A DNA stretch of 64,000 nt, from positions 1,408,001-1,472,000 of the forward strand of contig CAWJET010000002.1 of assembly GCA_963842085.1 (NCBI GenBank), in the 5' to 3' direction. Under the pieces are notes generated by a model, which was given only the letters and a program-made list of their open reading frames with translations, made no database searches and had not been told where the DNA came from. Source of the stretch: an uncultured delta proteobacterium. GTDB lineage: Bacteria; Desulfobacterota; Binatia; Binatales; Binataceae. Numbering within the stretch: the first letter of the stretch is position 1; the number at the start of each line of letters is the position of its first letter. Made by a program: the position numbers and the translations under genes. Shown in pieces: positions 19,205 to 29,335 of the stretch.

Positions 19205-20248
19205 CTAGCCGAGGTTCCAGAAGCGGCCGACGTTTTGCGCCGCCCGCTCGATCATCGGCATCACCCGGTCGCCACCGTTATCCGGGCGAATCGGCTCGTC
19301 GGCGTCGCGTCCGAGCTCGTCGATCACCGCGCGTCCCGACTCCGCGATTGCTTCGAGGTCGTAGCCGCCCTCGAGCACCGCGACTATCTTTCCGTCGCAG
19401 CATTCCGCGGCGAGCCGCTTCACTCGCCGCGCCATCGCTGCAAATCCCGCCTCAGTCAAGCGCATCTGCGCGAGCGGATCGCGGAAGTGCCCGTCGAAGC
19501 CGGACGACACCAGGATAAACTCGGGTTTGAAGTGCCGCCCAATCGGCATGATGAGGCGATCGAACACCCGGATATACTCGGCGTCGCCGAATTCCGCCGG
19601 CATCGGCAGATTGACATTGAACCCCACTCCCGCGCCGTAACCGATCTCGTGGAGCGAGCCGGTGCCAGGGTAATGCGGAAACTGATGCGTGGATACGTAC
19701 AACACTTCGGACGATTCGTAATATATGTCCTGCAAGCCGTTGCCATGATGGACGTCCCAATCGACTATCATCACCCGCTTGAGGCCGCACGATTCGATTA
19801 GCCACTTCGCCGCGATTGCAACATTGTTGAAGAAGCAGAATCCCATCGCGCGATTAGGCAGTGCGTGATGCCCCGGCGGCCGTACAATCGCAAATCCATT
19901 ATCTATTGCCCCGTCCATCACGGCCTCGACCGCCGTCAGGACGCCGCCGGCCGCAAGCAGTGCCGTCTCATACGTATCGCGCGAGCTGTGCGTATCCGGA
20001 TCGAAGTCATACCGATCGAGCGACGCCGTCCGCGCCACCGTCGCGATATACTCGGGCTGATGACAGCCCGCGATTTCCTCGTAGGTCGCTTCGCGCGGCG
20101 CCATGAATCTCAGGTCCGGCCGCGTGAGCGACTCCGCCATCTCGATCATGACCTCGGCGCGCTCGGGACGCTCAGGATGCGATCGGCCGGCGAAGTGCTT
20201 GAGATAGCGGCGGTCCGCGACGACCCCGGTTTTAAGCATCGTTGACAC
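19205..20248 (-). CDS. Histone deacetylase-family protein
   Basis: HPERPER, RPPGHHA, GFCFFNN, DWDVHHGNG, GFDGH, VLEGGY. Confidence 0.95.
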   Translation of the reverse strand: MSTMLKTGVVADRRYLKHFAGRSHPERPERAEVMIEMAESLTRPDLRFMAPREATYEEIAGCHQPEYIATVARTASLDRYDFDPDTHSSRDTYETALLAAGGVLTAVEAVMDGAIDNGFAIVRPPGHHALPNRAMGFCFFNNVAIAAKWLIESCGLKRVMIVDWDVHHGNGLQDIYYESSEVLYVSTHQFPHYPGTGSLHEIGYGAGVGFNVNLPMPAEFGDAEYIRVFDRLIMPIGRHFKPEFILVSSGFDGHFRDPLAQMRLTEAGFAAMARRVKRLAAECCDGKIVAVLEGGYDLEAIAESGRAVIDELGRDADEPIRPDNGGDRVMPMIERAAQNVGRFWNLG

Positions 20249-20312
20249 CCCAGTCGGGTATGATGATTAACTGGCATAGAGCGAGCAAAGTTGCCGGGAC
20301 GGTCATCGAAGT

Positions 20313-20576
20313 TTGGACCTTTTTGAAATAGCTCTGATCCTCGCGATCGCGCTGATCGTCATCGGCCCCGAGCGCCTGCCCGAGGTCATGCGCACGGTCG
20401 GAAAAATCTTGCGCGAGCTGCGCCTGGCGAGCAATACCGTCCTCCACGAACTGACCGATGTGCTCGACGAGCCGCCGCCCACAGTGGCGTCGCCTGCCCA
20501 AGTGCCGCCGCCCGCGCCCACGTCCGAACCGCCGGGCGTCCAGCCGCCCGCGTCGGTGTCGACCGAGAACAAATAG
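20313..20576 (+). CDS. tatB: Twin-arginine translocase subunit TatB
   Basis: E...I...ALIVIGPERLPEV; Pro-rich tail; directly upstream of tatC. Confidence 0.85.
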   Translation: MDLFEIALILAIALIVIGPERLPEVMRTVGKILRELRLASNTVLHELTDVLDEPPPTVASPAQVPPPAPTSEPPGVQPPASVSTENK

Positions 20577-20592
20577 CCGGTCATCCCGCATC

Positions 20593-21408
20593 GTGCCTAG
20601 CGAGGATATCACACCGCCAGCGCCCATCGAGGCGACGCCGGAGCAGGCGCGGATGTCGCTCATCGAGCATCTGCAGGAACTCCGCAGCCGCCTGATTCGC
20701 GCCATCATCGCCATCGGCATCGGCTTCATCCTGGCGTACATGATCGCCGATCCGCTCTTTCGCATGCTCACCTGGCCGATTCGCGAGGTCTCCGGCGGCA
20801 AGGTTCTGCTGATCGGCACGGGCGTGGGCGAGGCGTTCTTCACCAAGATCAAGGTTGCGCTGATCGCGGGCCTGTTCCTCGCCAGCCCCGCAGTATTTTA
20901 CGAAATCTGGAAATTCATCGCGCCGGGTTTGTACGAAACCGAACGCCGGATGGCCAAGCCGTTCGTCTTCTTTGCGACGCTCTTTTTCGTGCTCGGCGGA
21001 TATTTCTGCTGGGCCGTCGTTTTCAGAGTCGGCTACGCGTTCTTCCTCGCGCAATACGCGAGCATCGGGGTCACACCGACGATTCGGATCAGCGAGTATC
21101 TCGCATTCTCGGCCAAGCTGTTGCTCGCGTTCGCGCTCACGTTCGAGATGCCGATTTTCGCGTTCTTCTTCACCAAGCTCGGCATGATCGACTACAAGAT
21201 GATGTTCAGTTACTGGCGGTACGCGATCCTGGCTATCTTCATCGTCTCAGCCGCGCTGACTCCGCCCGACATGGTCTCGCAGTTCCTGCTGGCGATTCCA
21301 CTGCTGCTGCTGTACGTGATCAGCGTCGGTGTCGCCTGGATGTTTCGTCTCAAGCCCGCGGAAAAACCGGCGGCCACAACAGAACCCCAACAACCCGAGA
21401 CTGTCTGA
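20593..21408 (+). CDS. tatC: Twin-arginine translocase subunit TatC
   Basis: MSLIEHLQELRSRL, WKFIAPGLY..E, FEMP, TPPD..SQ; GTG start inferred. Confidence 0.96.
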   Translation: MPSEDITPPAPIEATPEQARMSLIEHLQELRSRLIRAIIAIGIGFILAYMIADPLFRMLTWPIREVSGGKVLLIGTGVGEAFFTKIKVALIAGLFLASPAVFYEIWKFIAPGLYETERRMAKPFVFFATLFFVLGGYFCWAVVFRVGYAFFLAQYASIGVTPTIRISEYLAFSAKLLLAFALTFEMPIFAFFFTKLGMIDYKMMFSYWRYAILAIFIVSAALTPPDMVSQFLLAIPLLLLYVISVGVAWMFRLKPAEKPAATTEPQQPETV

Positions 21409-21435
21409 GCCTCCAGTGAATCCAGCAGAGGTCCC

Positions 21436-23835
21436 ATGGCAAGAATTCTGACATCTCCGGTCGCCACCGGCGCACCCGGCATCCCGCCGCGATGGACCCG
21501 CAGCGCCAAGGACGCGGTCTGCACCGCCTACTCCTCCGTGAGCCGCCTGTGGTTCACCACTTCGGTCGGCGTCCTCAACGAGATTTATTTCCCCACCATC
21601 GATCAGCCCCAGGTCCGCGACCTCCAGTTCCTTATCACCGACGGCGAGACCTTCTTCCACGAGGAACGCCGCCATCTCCATTCCACCACCGAGTACATCG
21701 CCAAAACAGGCCTCGGCGTGCGAATTGTCAGCCACTCGCCCGACGGCCGTTACCGCCTCTGCAAGGAGGTCATTACCGATCCCCATCAGCCGACCCTGCT
21801 AATCAACACCCGCCTGGAGGGTGACACCGAGTTGCTGAAGAAACTGCACCTGTATGTTCTGCTCGCGCCGCATCTGTGCGTCGGCGGATGGGGTAACAGC
21901 GGCTACCTGACCAAGATCGTCGGCCACGAGTTCCTGACCGCGAACAAGAACGGCGTCTGGCTGGCGCTTGGAACCCGCGCGCCGTTTCTCCGGACTTCGT
22001 GCGGCTACGTCGGCAGCACCGACGGATGGCAGGACATCCGCTCCAACTTCAAGATGGATTACCAGTTCGCCGCCGCGCTCGACGGCAACATCGCGCTCAC
22101 CGCCGAGATCGATTTGCGCAAGGGCTACTCCTTCACCCTTGGCCTCGGCTTCGGCCGCGAGCTCAATCGCGCGGTGACCACCCTGTATCAGTCGCTCGCC
22201 GATCCTTTCCCCGAGCATCGCGACCGCTTCATCGAGCAATGGGAACGCGCGTGCCGTCATTTCGCTCCGCTCGACAAATTTTCCGGCGACGGCGGCGCGC
22301 TGTATCGCCGCAGCTGCGAGTTGCTGCTCGCCCACGAAGACAAAAGCTATCCGGGCGCGCTCATCGCTTCGCTCAGCATCCCGTGGGGCGAAGCCAAGAG
22401 CGACGACGACCTTGGCGGCTACCACCTGGTATGGACCCGCGACATGGTCAACAGCGTGACGGGCCTGGCCGCCACCGGCGATCTCAGCACCGCGCTGCGC
22501 GGCCTTATCTACCTCACCTGCGCGCAACGTCCCGACGGCGGCTTTCCGCAGAACTTCTGGATCGACGGCCAGCCCTACTGGAACGGCATTCAGCTCGACG
22601 AAGTCTCGTTTCCAATCACCCTGGCGTGGCGGCTGCACAAGCAGCGCGCGCTCAAGGACTTCGATCCCTATGCTATGGTGCTGCTCGCGGCCCACTTCCT
22701 CATCGACATGGGATACGCCACGCCGCAGGAGCGCTGGGAGGAAAACGCCGGCTACTCGCCCTCGACGCTGGCCGCCAATATCGCCGGCCTGATCTGCGCG
22801 GCCTGCTTCGCGCGCGACCGCGGCGACCTGGTGACCGCGCAATTCCTCGAGGAGTACGCCGACTTCCTCGAGGCGCAGATCGAGACCTGGACCGTGACCC
22901 ACAATGGCTTCCTCGTCCCCGGCATCAAGCGCCACTATGTGCGCATCAATCCCATCGACATCGGCGATCCCGACGCTGACGAAAGCCTCGAAGGCAAGCT
23001 CGTGCCGATTCGCAATCGGCCGCCCGGCGCGCAGGGCGAGTTCCCGGTCGCCGAAATCGTGGACGGCGGATTTCTCGAGCTGGTGCGCTATGGCATCCGC
23101 AAGGCCGGCGATCCGCTGATGGAAGATTCGCTGCGCGTCATCGACGCCGTCCTCAAGACCGACTTCCCCGCCGGTCCTTGCTGGCGCCGCTACACGCACG
23201 ACGGCTACGGACAGCGCGACAACGGCGGTCCGTTCCTGGGATGGGGCCGCGGACGTCCGTGGCCGCTGCTCACCGGCGAGCGCGGGCATTACGAGCTTGC
23301 GGCGGGTCGCGACCCGATGCCCTATCTGAAAGCGATGGAACGGTTTGCGAATTCCACCCAGTTGCTGCCCGAACAAATCTGGGATCAGCCCGACATCCGG
23401 CGCGCGATGCTCAAGTATGGCGGCCAGACCGGCAGCGCGACGCCCCTGATGTGGGCGCATGCCGAGTACATCAAGCTGCTGCGCTCGGTCTCGGATGGCC
23501 GCGTGTTCGACACGATCGACGAAGTCCGCGACCGCTACATGGAGCCCGGGCGAAAGCCGAGCCGCCTCCGCGTCTGGAAATCCAACCGCCACGTCAAGTC
23601 GGTTTCACCCGGCGCCCGCCTGCGCATTCAGGCAACCGCGCCGTTCACGCTTCACTGGTCCAACGATGAATGGCAGCACGTCAGCGACACGGGGTCGATT
23701 TCAACGCCGATCGGCTTCGACTACGTCGACATCGACATCGGCGCCGGCGACAAGGCGCCGATTCGCTTCACTTTCAACTGGCGTGAGACCAACACCTGGG
23801 AAGGCCGCGACTACGCCGTCGCGATCGAGAACTAG
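21436..23835 (+). CDS. Glucoamylase (GH15)
   Basis: APGIPPRWTRSAKD, GGYHLVWTRD, QERWEE, SATPLMWAHAEY. Confidence 0.94.
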   Translation: MARILTSPVATGAPGIPPRWTRSAKDAVCTAYSSVSRLWFTTSVGVLNEIYFPTIDQPQVRDLQFLITDGETFFHEERRHLHSTTEYIAKTGLGVRIVSHSPDGRYRLCKEVITDPHQPTLLINTRLEGDTELLKKLHLYVLLAPHLCVGGWGNSGYLTKIVGHEFLTANKNGVWLALGTRAPFLRTSCGYVGSTDGWQDIRSNFKMDYQFAAALDGNIALTAEIDLRKGYSFTLGLGFGRELNRAVTTLYQSLADPFPEHRDRFIEQWERACRHFAPLDKFSGDGGALYRRSCELLLAHEDKSYPGALIASLSIPWGEAKSDDDLGGYHLVWTRDMVNSVTGLAATGDLSTALRGLIYLTCAQRPDGGFPQNFWIDGQPYWNGIQLDEVSFPITLAWRLHKQRALKDFDPYAMVLLAAHFLIDMGYATPQERWEENAGYSPSTLAANIAGLICAACFARDRGDLVTAQFLEEYADFLEAQIETWTVTHNGFLVPGIKRHYVRINPIDIGDPDADESLEGKLVPIRNRPPGAQGEFPVAEIVDGGFLELVRYGIRKAGDPLMEDSLRVIDAVLKTDFPAGPCWRRYTHDGYGQRDNGGPFLGWGRGRPWPLLTGERGHYELAAGRDPMPYLKAMERFANSTQLLPEQIWDQPDIRRAMLKYGGQTGSATPLMWAHAEYIKLLRSVSDGRVFDTIDEVRDRYMEPGRKPSRLRVWKSNRHVKSVSPGARLRIQATAPFTLHWSNDEWQHVSDTGSISTPIGFDYVDIDIGAGDKAPIRFTFNWRETNTWEGRDYAVAIEN

Positions 23836-23854
23836 GGAACCTCTGCACAGGTCG
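23836..23854. mobile_element. Isolated IS5-type terminal inverted repeat at the island's left edge
   Basis: GGAACCTCTGCACAGGTCG after CTAG; 18/19 match to the IS5 end at 43074. Confidence 0.6.
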
Positions 23855-24317
23855 TCATACAGCGGCAGTTCGACATAGTAATGAGAGCTAAGAGCAGGAA
23901 CGGCAGCAGCGCGTTGGGGTTGATCGTTGCTGGGAAGCGATTAGGAGCATTGGGAGCTTCCGGGAATTGTGACACGGGCGAAATGTCGATGCAGAATAGT
24001 TCAACCGATTTTCCGACACGGTTCCAGATCGACATCGCGAAGCTCAGGAATTCGTGAGTACTCCACGGCCCCTTCAGAAAGCTCCGCAAGACTTCGATCC
24101 TGCAACCGCAGATGCGCCCCACGGTTGCGAGTTTCTCGCGCCGCTGGAGCGCTCGCTGTTATTGGAGCGTGGCGCGCTCGATTCTGACTATTCGCAGTGC
24201 GATAGCAACAGGCTGCCGAACGCCACCGTAAATCCGCGCTCCGATCGAGCTCGCCACCAACCGCCCAGCGTCTTCGCACAGAATCATTCGTTCCGACTCA
24301 GCTGTTACCGGCCACTA

Positions 24318-24420
24318 TTGTCGTGTCCCGCAAATAAATTTTGACCATAGCGCACCTCTCGTCCGCCGGATGCTGAGGAATTTCATTGTGCTACCAAAAC
24401 ATATTTGCGGGACAGCATAC
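24318..24420. mobile_element. IS630-derived MITE (103 bp), copy 1
   Basis: Terminal IRs TGTCCCGCAAATA / TATTTGCGGGACA, related to the IS630 ends at 25705 and 26853. Confidence 0.8.
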
Positions 24421-24425
24421 TCTAG

Positions 24426-25701
24426 CAGGCTGCGGAAAAAGTCCGGTTAGTTATGAATTTGTCCACTCCGGGTAGTTGTTAGTGTTATTGAGCGAGCATC
24501 TAAGGGCCAGCGCAGTGGAGCGCCGACAGGTTCTGGTGTTCGCTTCAGGTGGCGATTGGCAAGAGGTTGCGCATCCTCACCAAGTTGTAGGCGGCGGCCG
24601 CGAAGGTAAACACCCAACCGACCCGGGCGGCACCCCGATGCCGGGTTTTGCGCAAGCCGCCGATGGTCTTCATCCAACCGAAGATCTCTTCCACCCGTTT
24701 GCGCTTGATCTGACTGATGGCGTAACCCGGATGGCGAGTTGTGCGGTGGTCGATGGCGCTGTGCACTTTGCGCGCGACGTGCGGAGTAACCTGATGCGCG
24801 CGCAACTCACGCACCAATTCCTTCTGATCGTAACCCTTATCGGCGCCCAGCGTGACTCGATGCTGGCCCGCGATCTGGGCCGCCATCGCGAGGGCCGCCT
24901 CGGGTTCGGCGCTGCCGCTGGCCTGAGTCAGCCGGGTGTTGACCACCAAGCCATGGCGATTGTCCATCTGCACGTGCCCGGCGTAACAGAGCTTGGCCTC
25001 TTTGCCCGACCCTTTGCGGGCCAGCCGTGCCTGGGGATCGGTGGTCGATTGGTGCGTGGCGTTGGTGCGTCGCTCACCATGGAAGTCCACGCTCGGGTTA
25101 CCGGGATCATCGGGCGGGGTTTGCTGGTCGTCTCCTTTGCGCTTGAAACTCTTGTGTCCGGCCCAGGCCTCGATCAGGGTGCCGTCGACGGTAAAATGCT
25201 CGTTGGAGAGCAGGTCTTGGGCACGCGCTTGCTCGAGCACTGCGTTGAAAAAGCCCTGCGCTACCTCGGCCACCAGCAAGCGCTCGCGGTTCTTGGTGAA
25301 GACGGTCACGTCCCATACTGGGTCGTCGATGTTGAGCCCCACAAACCAGCGAAACAGGAAGTTGTAATCGAGCTGCTCCATCAAAAGTCGCTCACTGCGC
25401 ACCGTGTAGAGCACCTGCAAGAGCAGCGCCCGCAGCAGCTTTTCGGGCGCGATCGACGGCCGCCCGCAGTTCGCGTAGACCGCGTCGAAGCGCCACGACG
25501 ACTCCTTAAGGGCGGCGTCCACCATTACCCGAATCGCTCGCAACGGATGATCCTTGGGTACTCGCCGCTCCGCCGATATGTAACTGAACATTCCGCTCTG
25601 CTGATGGTCCACCCCACGCATCACCGTCACCTCCTCCTACAACCTCTTCCTACTCCACTATATCCGATCGAGCGGAAAACTCCTCGTTTTTCCACAGCCT
25701 G
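24426..25701 (-). mobile_element. IS5-family insertion sequence, apparently intact
   Basis: IRs CAGGCTG(C/T)GGAAAAA (14/15); CTAG duplicated at 24422-24425 and 25702-25705. Confidence 0.93.
24545..25621 (-). CDS. IS5-family transposase
   Basis: HPLRAIR, FRWFVGL, VDGTLIEA, GADKGYD, RKRVEEIFGW.K (DDE). Confidence 0.93.
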   Translation of the reverse strand: MRGVDHQQSGMFSYISAERRVPKDHPLRAIRVMVDAALKESSWRFDAVYANCGRPSIAPEKLLRALLLQVLYTVRSERLLMEQLDYNFLFRWFVGLNIDDPVWDVTVFTKNRERLLVAEVAQGFFNAVLEQARAQDLLSNEHFTVDGTLIEAWAGHKSFKRKGDDQQTPPDDPGNPSVDFHGERRTNATHQSTTDPQARLARKGSGKEAKLCYAGHVQMDNRHGLVVNTRLTQASGSAEPEAALAMAAQIAGQHRVTLGADKGYDQKELVRELRAHQVTPHVARKVHSAIDHRTTRHPGYAISQIKRKRVEEIFGWMKTIGGLRKTRHRGAARVGWVFTFAAAAYNLVRMRNLLPIAT

Positions 25702-25704
25702 CTA

Positions 25705-26853
25705 GTATTATGTCCCATAAATAACTTTACATGAGCGAGCCCATCTGCTATGGTGGCGGTGGAGGTTGAAGGGATGGGCAGGCCAAATACAGCCTTGTTG
25801 ATTAGTCAGTCGGAGCGGTCGCAATTGCGCTCGATCGTGCGCTCGCGCAGCCTGCCGCATTCGTTGGTGCGGCGCGCACAGATCGTGCTGTTGTCCGCCG
25901 CTGGTGCCGCCAACAGAGAGGTCGCCAGGCACTGCGGGGTTAGTGCCCCGGTGGTGAGTCTGTGGCGCCAGCGCTATCAGCAACGCGGCATCGCCGGGCT
26001 GCACGCGGAACTTCGTCCGGGCCGCCCGCGCAGCCATAGCGACGAACAGGTAGCGGCCTTGCTGCGCAAGGTGCTGCACAGCAAGCCCGCCGCCGCCACC
26101 CACTGGAGCGTGCGTAGCGTGGCGGCGCATACTGGCATCTCCAAGAGCACTGTCGCGCGCTACTTCGCGCTGTTCGGCCTGCAACCGCATCGGAGCAAGA
26201 GCTTTAAGCTGTCCACCGACCCGTTCTTCGTCGAAAAGGTCCGCGCCATCGTTGGTCTTTATCTTAATCCGCCGGACAACGCGCTGGTGTTGTGCGTGGA
26301 CGAGAAAAGCCAGGTGCAGGCCTTGGAGCGCACCCAGCCGGTGCTGCCGATGGGGCTCGGTTATGTCGAGGGGGTAACTCACGATTACTTTCGCCACGGC
26401 ACTACCACGCTGTTTGCGGCGCTGGACATCGTCGACGGCGCGGTCATCTCCCAGTGCAAGCCGCGTCATCGCCACCAGGAATTCCTGAGCTTTTTGAAAC
26501 ATCTCGATGCAAACATCCCGGCCGAGCTTGAACTGCACCTGATCGCCGACAACTACGCGACTCACAAGCATCCCAAGGTCAAAGCGTGGCTCGCCAGCCA
26601 TTCGCGCTTTCACCTTCACTTCACCCCCACCTACTCAAGCTGGCTCAACCAAGTCGAGCGCTGGTTCGCGCTTATCACCCAGCAAGCGATCCGCCGCGGC
26701 TCGTTCCGCACCGTCCGCGAACTGGTGGGGAAGATCGACGCCTACGTGGCTCATTACAACACCTACAAGCGGCCCTTCGTCTGGACTGCCACCGCTGACT
26801 CGATATTCGACAAACTCCAGCGCATCTGTAAACTTATTAATGGGACACGACAC
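25705..26853 (+). mobile_element. IS630-family insertion sequence, apparently intact
   Basis: Imperfect ~26-bp IRs GT.T..TGTCCCAT.AATAA.TTTAC; flanked by TA within CTAG on both sides. Confidence 0.92.
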
Positions 26854-26856
26854 TAG
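25774..26856 (+). CDS. IS630-family transposase
   Basis: RPGRP, CVDEKSQ, DYFRHGT, ADNYATH, SWLNQVERWF. Confidence 0.95.
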   Translation: MGRPNTALLISQSERSQLRSIVRSRSLPHSLVRRAQIVLLSAAGAANREVARHCGVSAPVVSLWRQRYQQRGIAGLHAELRPGRPRSHSDEQVAALLRKVLHSKPAAATHWSVRSVAAHTGISKSTVARYFALFGLQPHRSKSFKLSTDPFFVEKVRAIVGLYLNPPDNALVLCVDEKSQVQALERTQPVLPMGLGYVEGVTHDYFRHGTTTLFAALDIVDGAVISQCKPRHRHQEFLSFLKHLDANIPAELELHLIADNYATHKHPKVKAWLASHSRFHLHFTPTYSSWLNQVERWFALITQQAIRRGSFRTVRELVGKIDAYVAHYNTYKRPFVWTATADSIFDKLQRICKLINGTRH

Positions 26857-26958
26857 TATCCTGTCCCATAAATAACTTTACTTATACCGACGATTTTCTG
26901 AAGCAGTTTCGCGGACAGATGGCGCCGACAACATAAAATTATTTGCGGGACGGGATAC
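26856..26958 (+). mobile_element. IS630-derived MITE (103 bp), copy 2
   Basis: Bounded by CTAG at 26853 and 26958; left end nearly identical to the IS630 left IR. Confidence 0.88.
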
Positions 26959-27055
26959 TAGTATCCTGAGTTTGAGGTTCGATGACAAACAAAGCCTTGC
27001 GATTTTTCACATTTCTCCCGAAACATATGCTGCGAATCTCTAACTCAGGACAGTA
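26959..27055. mobile_element. Second-family TA-flanked MITE (~97 bp)
   Basis: IRs TAGTATCCTGAGTTTGAGGTTC vs TACTGTCCTGAGTTAGAGATTC. Confidence 0.7.
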
Positions 27056-27259
27056 AGTAGCCTTTGCCAGATGGCCAGCCCCAAGCGGTGTTCGTTCCGG
27101 GCGGGTTCGGTGGGGGGCGGAGGCGGTGACGCCGGCGCACACTCGCGTCGCCCGTGAGCACCCATAGAATTGCGACGCGCGTTGCATAAACGAGACACCT
27201 GGGGTGTATCGCGATTGCTATGGCAACAGTCCGGGTGCCGATTTTCCAGCATAATTTCA

Positions 27260-27275
27260 TGGCATAAGATTTGCT
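27260..27275 (+). promoter_or_regulatory. Putative sigma54 (-24/-12) promoter of Tad cassette 1
   Basis: TGGCATAAGATTTGCT: GG-N10-GC spacing, 85 bp upstream of the ATG, which has a GGAGG RBS. Confidence 0.75.
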
Positions 27276-27360
27276 ATTAAAGCTCTCTTGGAGTTATTTT
27301 ATACAACTTATACGTAGCAAGGTAATCTCTGTTTCTTTTGCGAGCTAGGAGGTTTTTGAG

Positions 27361-28863
27361 ATGAATCGCCTTCGTGGTCATGAACGTGGTCAAGTCCTAG
27401 CACTGGCCGCCATTTCGCTGGTGGTCGTTATCGGCTTCGTGGGGCTGGCGGTTGACGTCGGCATGCTGTGGACCGAACGCCGCCATATGCAGACCGCCGT
27501 GGATGCGGCAGCGGTAGCAGGCGCGGTTGCGCTCAGAGAAGGCGATAACGTGCAAAACGCCGGCACGGAAGCTGCGACTCTCAATTCGTTCACCAATGGC
27601 CAAAACAACGTGACCGTAACGATCAATCATCCGCCGCTGTCCGGCGCGTACGCCGGCAACAGCAGCTACGTCGAAGCAGTTGTCAACCAGTCTGAGCCTA
27701 CCTACTTTTTGCGCGCGCTCGGCTACAGAACGGTTAACGTAAGCACGCGCGCCGTCAGCGGAACGATCAATGGCCCCGCCTGCATGTACGCTTTGGACAA
27801 ATCGAAATCGGCAGCCATCGGAATAACCGGCAACTTCACGATTAGCGCGGCATGCGGAGTAATTGACGACTCGGACAGTAGCAGTGCCCTAAGCGCAACT
27901 GGCAACGGCACTTTCACTGCGACATCGTTCGGAATCGTCGGCAACTCCTCGGCCACCGGCAACGTCACCATCAGTCCGCATCCGATCCCCCACATAGCGC
28001 CTGCTCCGGATCCGCTGGCTTCGAAGGCCGGGCCGTTGGTGGGTAGCTGCACTCAGCAGTCGACCAATAAATCGGGCGGATTTTCGGTCAGCGGTAACAA
28101 TCCTGTCGTCACTGTTCCACCTGGAGTCTATCCGAGTGGAATCACCGTCGGCGGAAACAACGCCACCGTAACTTTCAGCGCCGGTACTTACGGCAACAAT
28201 ATCACTCTCAACGGAAACACTGGCAGCGTGACTTTTAATCCCGGGCAATACCAGAACACAGGCACCAGCGACAGCATCGACATCGGCGGCAACGCGACCA
28301 CGGTTTTCAACGCCGGCTCATACACTTTTTGCGGCGCTGTCAAGGTCACCGGAAATAACAACCTAACTCTCAGTCCGGGTCTCTATTCCGGCGGTATTAA
28401 CATTACCGGTAACGCCAACGTGACATTTCTCCCCGGCACCTACATACTGGCGGGCGGAGGCTTTTCAGTTACCGGCAACTCGACTCTACGCGGGACCAGA
28501 GTGACCTTTTACGACACCACCGGCCCCGCCGGATATGCGCCGATCGATCTGACCGGCAATGAGACCGCGAATCTGAGCGCGCCAACTTCTGGTCCAATGG
28601 AAGCAATGCTGTTCTTCCAGGATCGCTCGATTAGCGGCGGTGCAGGCTCCACGATCACTGGCAACTCGAGTTCGACCTTTGATGGGGTGGTTTATTTCCC
28701 GACCACCAGTCTGACCTTTACCGGCAACTCCAGTAGTGCGGGTTATACCTATCTCATCGCGGACACGATCACATTGACTGGCAACACAGCGATGACGATC
28801 GGCAACGATACGTCGTCGCTCGCCGACGGCTCTCCAATCAAATCGAGCGCACTGTATGAATAG
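27361..28863 (+). CDS. tadG: TadG-like pseudopilin/adhesin with Gly-Asn repeat (beta-solenoid-like) C-terminus
   Basis: RGQ prepilin site, hydrophobic helix, GLAVDVG, MQTAVDAAAVAGA; more than 15 GN motifs and periodic xGxY turns. Confidence 0.85.
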   Translation: MNRLRGHERGQVLALAAISLVVVIGFVGLAVDVGMLWTERRHMQTAVDAAAVAGAVALREGDNVQNAGTEAATLNSFTNGQNNVTVTINHPPLSGAYAGNSSYVEAVVNQSEPTYFLRALGYRTVNVSTRAVSGTINGPACMYALDKSKSAAIGITGNFTISAACGVIDDSDSSSALSATGNGTFTATSFGIVGNSSATGNVTISPHPIPHIAPAPDPLASKAGPLVGSCTQQSTNKSGGFSVSGNNPVVTVPPGVYPSGITVGGNNATVTFSAGTYGNNITLNGNTGSVTFNPGQYQNTGTSDSIDIGGNATTVFNAGSYTFCGAVKVTGNNNLTLSPGLYSGGINITGNANVTFLPGTYILAGGGFSVTGNSTLRGTRVTFYDTTGPAGYAPIDLTGNETANLSAPTSGPMEAMLFFQDRSISGGAGSTITGNSSSTFDGVVYFPTTSLTFTGNSSSAGYTYLIADTITLTGNTAMTIGNDTSSLADGSPIKSSALYE

Positions 28864-28891
28864 AGGCTACGCGCGCGGAAGATTGTCCGCG

Positions 28892-29335
28892 ATGTCACGC
28901 AATCGCAAGTGGAGCAGGGGCCAATCGGCTGTCGAATTGGCAATCGCGGTGCCAGTCCTGGTGCTGCTGCTCGTGGTCGCGGCCGACTTCGCACGGGCGT
29001 TCTTCTTCAGCATCGCGGTCAATAACGCTGCCCGCGCGGGCGCGCAGTACGGATCGCAGACAGTGATAACGGCAGCGGACCTCAATGGGATGAAAAGTGC
29101 AGCCACGACCGATGGCAGCAACGTGCCGAGTCTAACCGCGACTGCATCGCAATGCACCTGCGAGTCACCAAGCGGATCGGTCACGCCATGTGCCGGCAGT
29201 TACTGTACGGCCAACGCGACGGCGACTTTCGTAGAGGTCGATACTTCCGCGCCGTTCACCACCATCGTGAAGTATCCGGGAGTGCCGCACTCATTGACGC
29301 TGACCGGGAAGGCGGTGATGCAGGTACAGGAATGA
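28892..29335 (+). CDS. tadE: TadE-family pseudopilin
   Basis: GQSAVELAIAVPVL...DFARAF...NAARAGAQY. Confidence 0.88.
   Translation: MSRNRKWSRGQSAVELAIAVPVLVLLLVVAADFARAFFFSIAVNNAARAGAQYGSQTVITAADLNGMKSAATTDGSNVPSLTATASQCTCESPSGSVTPCAGSYCTANATATFVEVDTSAPFTTIVKYPGVPHSLTLTGKAVMQVQE

Noticed and set aside
23855-24314. Non-coding stretch at the island's left edge as a gene or ncRNA
   Set aside because: No convincing ORF, motif or structure recognised; probably decayed mobile DNA.
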